Source: an uncultured virus (IMG/VR IMGVR_UViG_3300020460_001007) (lineage: Duplodnaviria > Heunggongvirae > Uroviricota > Caudoviricetes). From it: a stretch of 64,000 bases of DNA. The DNA lies in the IMG/VR virus record IMGVR_UViG_3300020460_001007; one strand, 5' to 3'. The number at the start of each line of letters is the position of its first letter. The first letter of the stretch is position 1. The translations under genes and the position numbers were made by a program. This document shows positions 59,286 through 64,000 of the stretch, one piece after another. The notes under the pieces are model-generated. The model was given only the letters and a program-made list of their open reading frames with translations, was not told the origin of the DNA and did not search any database.

Positions 59286-61220
59286 CTATTTCTCATCATC
59301 AACTACTTCAAAATCAGCATCCACCACATCATCTGGTTGTGGTGATTCGTCGTGATTAAATGTATCTCCAGGTTGAGGACCCTTCGGTGTGCCTTCACCT
59401 TCAGGTTGTAACTTAGAACCCAGTTGTTTTAACACTTCCATAAGTTCATCACATGAACTTTTATATGTTTCTAAGGTAGTTTCGGAATTTTTAAGCAATT
59501 CTTTCGTCCGTTTACATACATCTTCTGCCTTTTCTTTAGCATCTGCGTCTAACTTATCATCATTTTCTTCGACTAATTTTTCAAGTTGATACACCAAAGT
59601 ATCTGCTTGATTTTTTATTTCAACTGTTTCTTTTTTATTTTTATCATCTTCTGCATATTTTTCAGCATCTGCTTTCATGCGTTCAACTTCATCCTTATCA
59701 AGTCCAGAGGAATCACTAATAGTAATCTTTTGGTCTTTACCAGTACCTTTGTCAGTAGCACTTACATTGAGAATACCATTTGCATCAATATCAAATGCAA
59801 CTTCAATTTGTGGTGTACCTCTAGGTGCAGGAACGATACCATCCAACTTAAATGTACCGAGGTTTTTATTATCCACCGACATGGAACGTTCACCCTGAAG
59901 AACTACAATATCAACTGCTGGTTGATTATCCGCATATGTCGAAAATACTTGTGATTTCTTTGTCGGAATAGTAGTGTTGCGTTCAATCATCGGAGTGGAT
60001 ACTCCACCTGCGGTTTCAATGCCAAGGGTAAGTGGGGTTACATCAAGCAACAAAACATCACTTACACCTTCGTCTCCTGCAAGGATAGCACCTTGAATAG
60101 CCGCACCAAGTGCAACTACTTCATCTGGGTTAACTCCTTGATGTGGGTCTTTTCCACCCGCAAGTTCCTTTGCAATTTCAACAACCCTTGGACTGCGAGT
60201 CATACCACCAACAAGGATGAGGTTTTTAACTTCATCTAGTGTAATACCCGCATCATCAAGACACTTTTCAAATGGTTCTTTAGTTCGTGTATATAATTTG
60301 TCACAAATCTTTTCAAACTTGGAACGGGTCATTTCAATATTCAAGTGTTTGGGTCCACTTGCATCCGCAGTTATGAATGGGATGTTAATTTCGGTGGACG
60401 CACTTGATGATAGTGCAACCTTTGCCTTTTCTGCTTCTTCCTTGAGTCGTTGCATTGCCTGCCCATCATTACTCAAATCAATACCAGAATCTTTCTTAAA
60501 TTCTTTCAGAAGATGTTTAATAAGTTCCTCGTCCCAGTTGTCACCACCAAGTTGGGTGTCACCATTTGTAGACTTAACTTCAAATACTCCGTCACCGATT
60601 TCAAGAATAGAAACATCGTAAGTACCACCACCAAGGTCATATACCGCAATGGTTTCTTCGTTCTTCTTTTCCAAACCATAAGCAAGAGAAGCTGCGGTTG
60701 GTTCGTTAACAATACGCAATACTTCTAGTCCTGCGATTTCACCTGCATCTTTAGTTGCTTGTCTTTGTGAATCGTTAAAGTAAGCAGGTACGGTAATAAC
60801 TGCTTGTTTTACTTCTTCACCAAGATATGCTTCTGCATCTGCTTTAAGTTTGCTCAGAATGATACTTGAAATGAATTCAGGTGCATATTCTTTTTCTTCG
60901 TCACCTTCTTTACATTTAATATAAGCATCTCCGTTTTTACCCGAGACAACTTCATAAGGAAGATTCTTAACTTCGTTCTTTACTTCCTTGTACTTTCTTC
61001 CGATTAAGCGTTTCGCAGAAAAAATTGTATTCTCTGGATTGGTGACTGCTTGTCTTTTTGCGGATTGACCTACAAGTCTTTCTCCGTCTTTAGCAAATCC
61101 AACTATACTTGGGGTAGTTCTTGCTCCCTCTGAGTTGGTTATCACCTTTGGTTCTCCTGCTTCTACCACCGCAACACAACTGTTCGATGTACCTAAATCA
61201 ATGCCAATTACTTTAGCCAT
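59286..61220 (-). CDS. dnaK: Hsp70 chaperone DnaK
   Basis: [59 protein letters not shown]. Confidence 0.98.
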   Translation of the reverse strand: MAKVIGIDLGTSNSCVAVVEAGEPKVITNSEGARTTPSIVGFAKDGERLVGQSAKRQAVTNPENTIFSAKRLIGRKYKEVKNEVKNLPYEVVSGKNGDAYIKCKEGDEEKEYAPEFISSIILSKLKADAEAYLGEEVKQAVITVPAYFNDSQRQATKDAGEIAGLEVLRIVNEPTAASLAYGLEKKNEETIAVYDLGGGTYDVSILEIGDGVFEVKSTNGDTQLGGDNWDEELIKHLLKEFKKDSGIDLSNDGQAMQRLKEEAEKAKVALSSSASTEINIPFITADASGPKHLNIEMTRSKFEKICDKLYTRTKEPFEKCLDDAGITLDEVKNLILVGGMTRSPRVVEIAKELAGGKDPHQGVNPDEVVALGAAIQGAILAGDEGVSDVLLLDVTPLTLGIETAGGVSTPMIERNTTIPTKKSQVFSTYADNQPAVDIVVLQGERSMSVDNKNLGTFKLDGIVPAPRGTPQIEVAFDIDANGILNVSATDKGTGKDQKITISDSSGLDKDEVERMKADAEKYAEDDKNKKETVEIKNQADTLVYQLEKLVEENDDKLDADAKEKAEDVCKRTKELLKNSETTLETYKSSCDELMEVLKQLGSKLQPEGEGTPKGPQPGDTFNHDESPQPDDVVDADFEVVDDEK

Positions 61221-61254
61221 TTTCTATTCCTCTTTTATTTTGTTAGTTTTGTTT

Positions 61255-61299
61255 GAATCTCGTTTGAGCATTCTAGATAATCTCGTTTGAGCATTATCT
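61255..61299 (-). promoter_or_regulatory. Twin bulged-G hairpins in the dnaK leader
   Basis: AGATAAT-G-CTC-AAAC-GAG-ATTATCT and GAAT-G-CTC-AAAC-GAG-ATTC. Confidence 0.7.
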
Positions 61300-61326
61300 T
61301 TATATAAATATAAGTAAAAATTACTT

Positions 61327-62265
61327 TTATTCTCCTTCTCTACCATCACAGGGACCTCCTGCCTTGCTTGCAAACTCACACCAACGACAATTCTTTTTGT
61401 TCTTTCCTGGCGTTTTTGGAAATGGATTTTCAAGATCATATTCACCACTCTTGGTAAACGATTCGTTTAAGAATGTATTGAAACTTGACCATGCTTCTTT
61501 TGAAGACATGGTACCGTGTGGTGGAACAAACCTTTGGATTCTATCCCCACCAAAGGGGTCATCCGGGTCGTGTTTTCTTTTTAGAATAATAAACTCCACT
61601 TCAATTTTATCAAGTGGTACATTAAATTCCTTTGCATAGAAAACCTTATACAACAACAATTGGTGTGTTTTACTTTCATCAGATTTCTGCCATTTGTTCC
61701 AACCCCGTGTAGAAGTTTTTAAATCAATTATTTTATACTTTTGATTTGCCTTATCAAACAAAACCACATCAAGAAATCCAATATATCCCACATTGTTTCT
61801 GACTTCAAGATCAATAGAAGTTTCTATACCAGACAACGAATATCGTGTTTTTGAAAAGTACTTGTGACGAATGTCATCAGAGAGTAAGTGGTCCAGTATT
61901 TGGTTTCCATCCTCAATAAACTCATCAAATGTTTCCTGATCCATACACCGACTACCATCAATGAGATTTTCAGGTTTATCCGCAAGTTCCGTCATGATTT
62001 CTAATAATTTTGCTTTCCAATCCACGGATTCTGTATCAAGGTGTGGTTGGTTGTATAACATCTCAAGATATTCTTGAATAGTTTCATGCATCGCAGTTCC
62101 AAATACAAGATGGATGTTACTTTCTTTTTTCCGTAAATTATCAACATACGCAAGTTTCCAACTACGTGGACACTTGTGATACATTGAGTATTGAGAGAAA
62201 CTTACATACTTGTTAAATTTCCTCTCTTTAATTTCTTTTTTTTCTCCAACAGCTGCCTCGGTCAT
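61327..62265 (-). CDS. PD-(D/E)XK exonuclease, RecB/Cas4-like, with Cys cluster
   Basis: SFSQ..KCP, GTAMH, GFLD, IIDLKT, QLLLY, CRWCEF..C. Confidence 0.88.
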   Translation of the reverse strand: MTEAAVGEKKEIKERKFNKYVSFSQYSMYHKCPRSWKLAYVDNLRKKESNIHLVFGTAMHETIQEYLEMLYNQPHLDTESVDWKAKLLEIMTELADKPENLIDGSRCMDQETFDEFIEDGNQILDHLLSDDIRHKYFSKTRYSLSGIETSIDLEVRNNVGYIGFLDVVLFDKANQKYKIIDLKTSTRGWNKWQKSDESKTHQLLLYKVFYAKEFNVPLDKIEVEFIILKRKHDPDDPFGGDRIQRFVPPHGTMSSKEAWSSFNTFLNESFTKSGEYDLENPFPKTPGKNKKNCRWCEFASKAGGPCDGREGE

Positions 62266-62267
62266 AA

Positions 62268-62552
62268 TTAATCACTTCCCTCTGAGTTCGTGTTTGCTTC
62301 GTATATACTACAACGAATAAACTTATTGCCTCGCATAACACCCATATCAACATGATCACGCATACTTTCATATACTTCTCGGTCATCGTATCCAAAGTGT
62401 CCCAGATCCGCAAGATGCGTTAAATATTGCTCATTAGTCATACCTGTTTTCCGTTGAACAATTGTTTTCAAATAACGAACAGCATCCGCAGTTGATTCAA
62501 AAAGTTTAACTGGAGAACCTTTAATTGTTGGGTCTTTTATATAATATTTCAT
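62268..62552 (-). CDS. Hypothetical protein
   Basis: 94 aa directly behind a sigma70-like promoter. Confidence 0.7.
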   Translation of the reverse strand: MKYYIKDPTIKGSPVKLFESTADAVRYLKTIVQRKTGMTNEQYLTHLADLGHFGYDDREVYESMRDHVDMGVMRGNKFIRCSIYEANTNSEGSD

Positions 62553-62563
62553 TGTTACCTACT

Positions 62564-63986
<1,423 letters not shown>

Positions 63987-64000
63987 GGAATATATTTATA

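Noticed and set aside
61224..61448. 74-aa ORF across the dnaK leader
   Set aside because: Overlaps the nuclease in another frame; the region is better explained by the promoter motif and RNA hairpins.
61327..62265. Cas4 as evidence of a CRISPR-Cas locus
   Set aside because: No cas1/cas2 and no array; solo Cas4-like exonucleases are ordinary in large phages.

Overview
This AT-rich, gene-dense window has the hallmarks of a large T4-like (jumbo) tailed phage rather than a cell. From left to right it contains: Cys-rich and Pro-Thr-repeat virion/fibre-like genes; phoH; a ~12 kb glycosylation and sugar-nucleotide locus; a block of minus-strand genes with prohead-processing-like signatures, including three tandem PD-(D/E)XK-like nucleases and an esterase-GDPD fusion; 12 CCA-encoding tRNA genes plus one tRNA-like element; a replication module (dUTPase, family B polymerase, sliding clamp, clamp loader); seven DNA methyltransferases; a three-HExxH metallopeptidase polyprotein; and host-type genes (M29 aminopeptidase, TagD, eukaryote-type PMM, dnaK, gdhA). 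The most striking observation is that the polymerase and the three methyltransferases translationally coupled behind it all end in the same peptide, [AS]xxFFx[FL]. That is where T4-type polymerases carry their clamp-binding tail, which suggests a clamp-tethered, replication-coupled methylation system. Other unexplained signals are strong avoidance of [ACG]GC[CGT], a TATTTAT motif 4-8 nt before many start codons, and twin bulged hairpins in the dnaK leader. All calls come from motif reading by eye; no searches were run.
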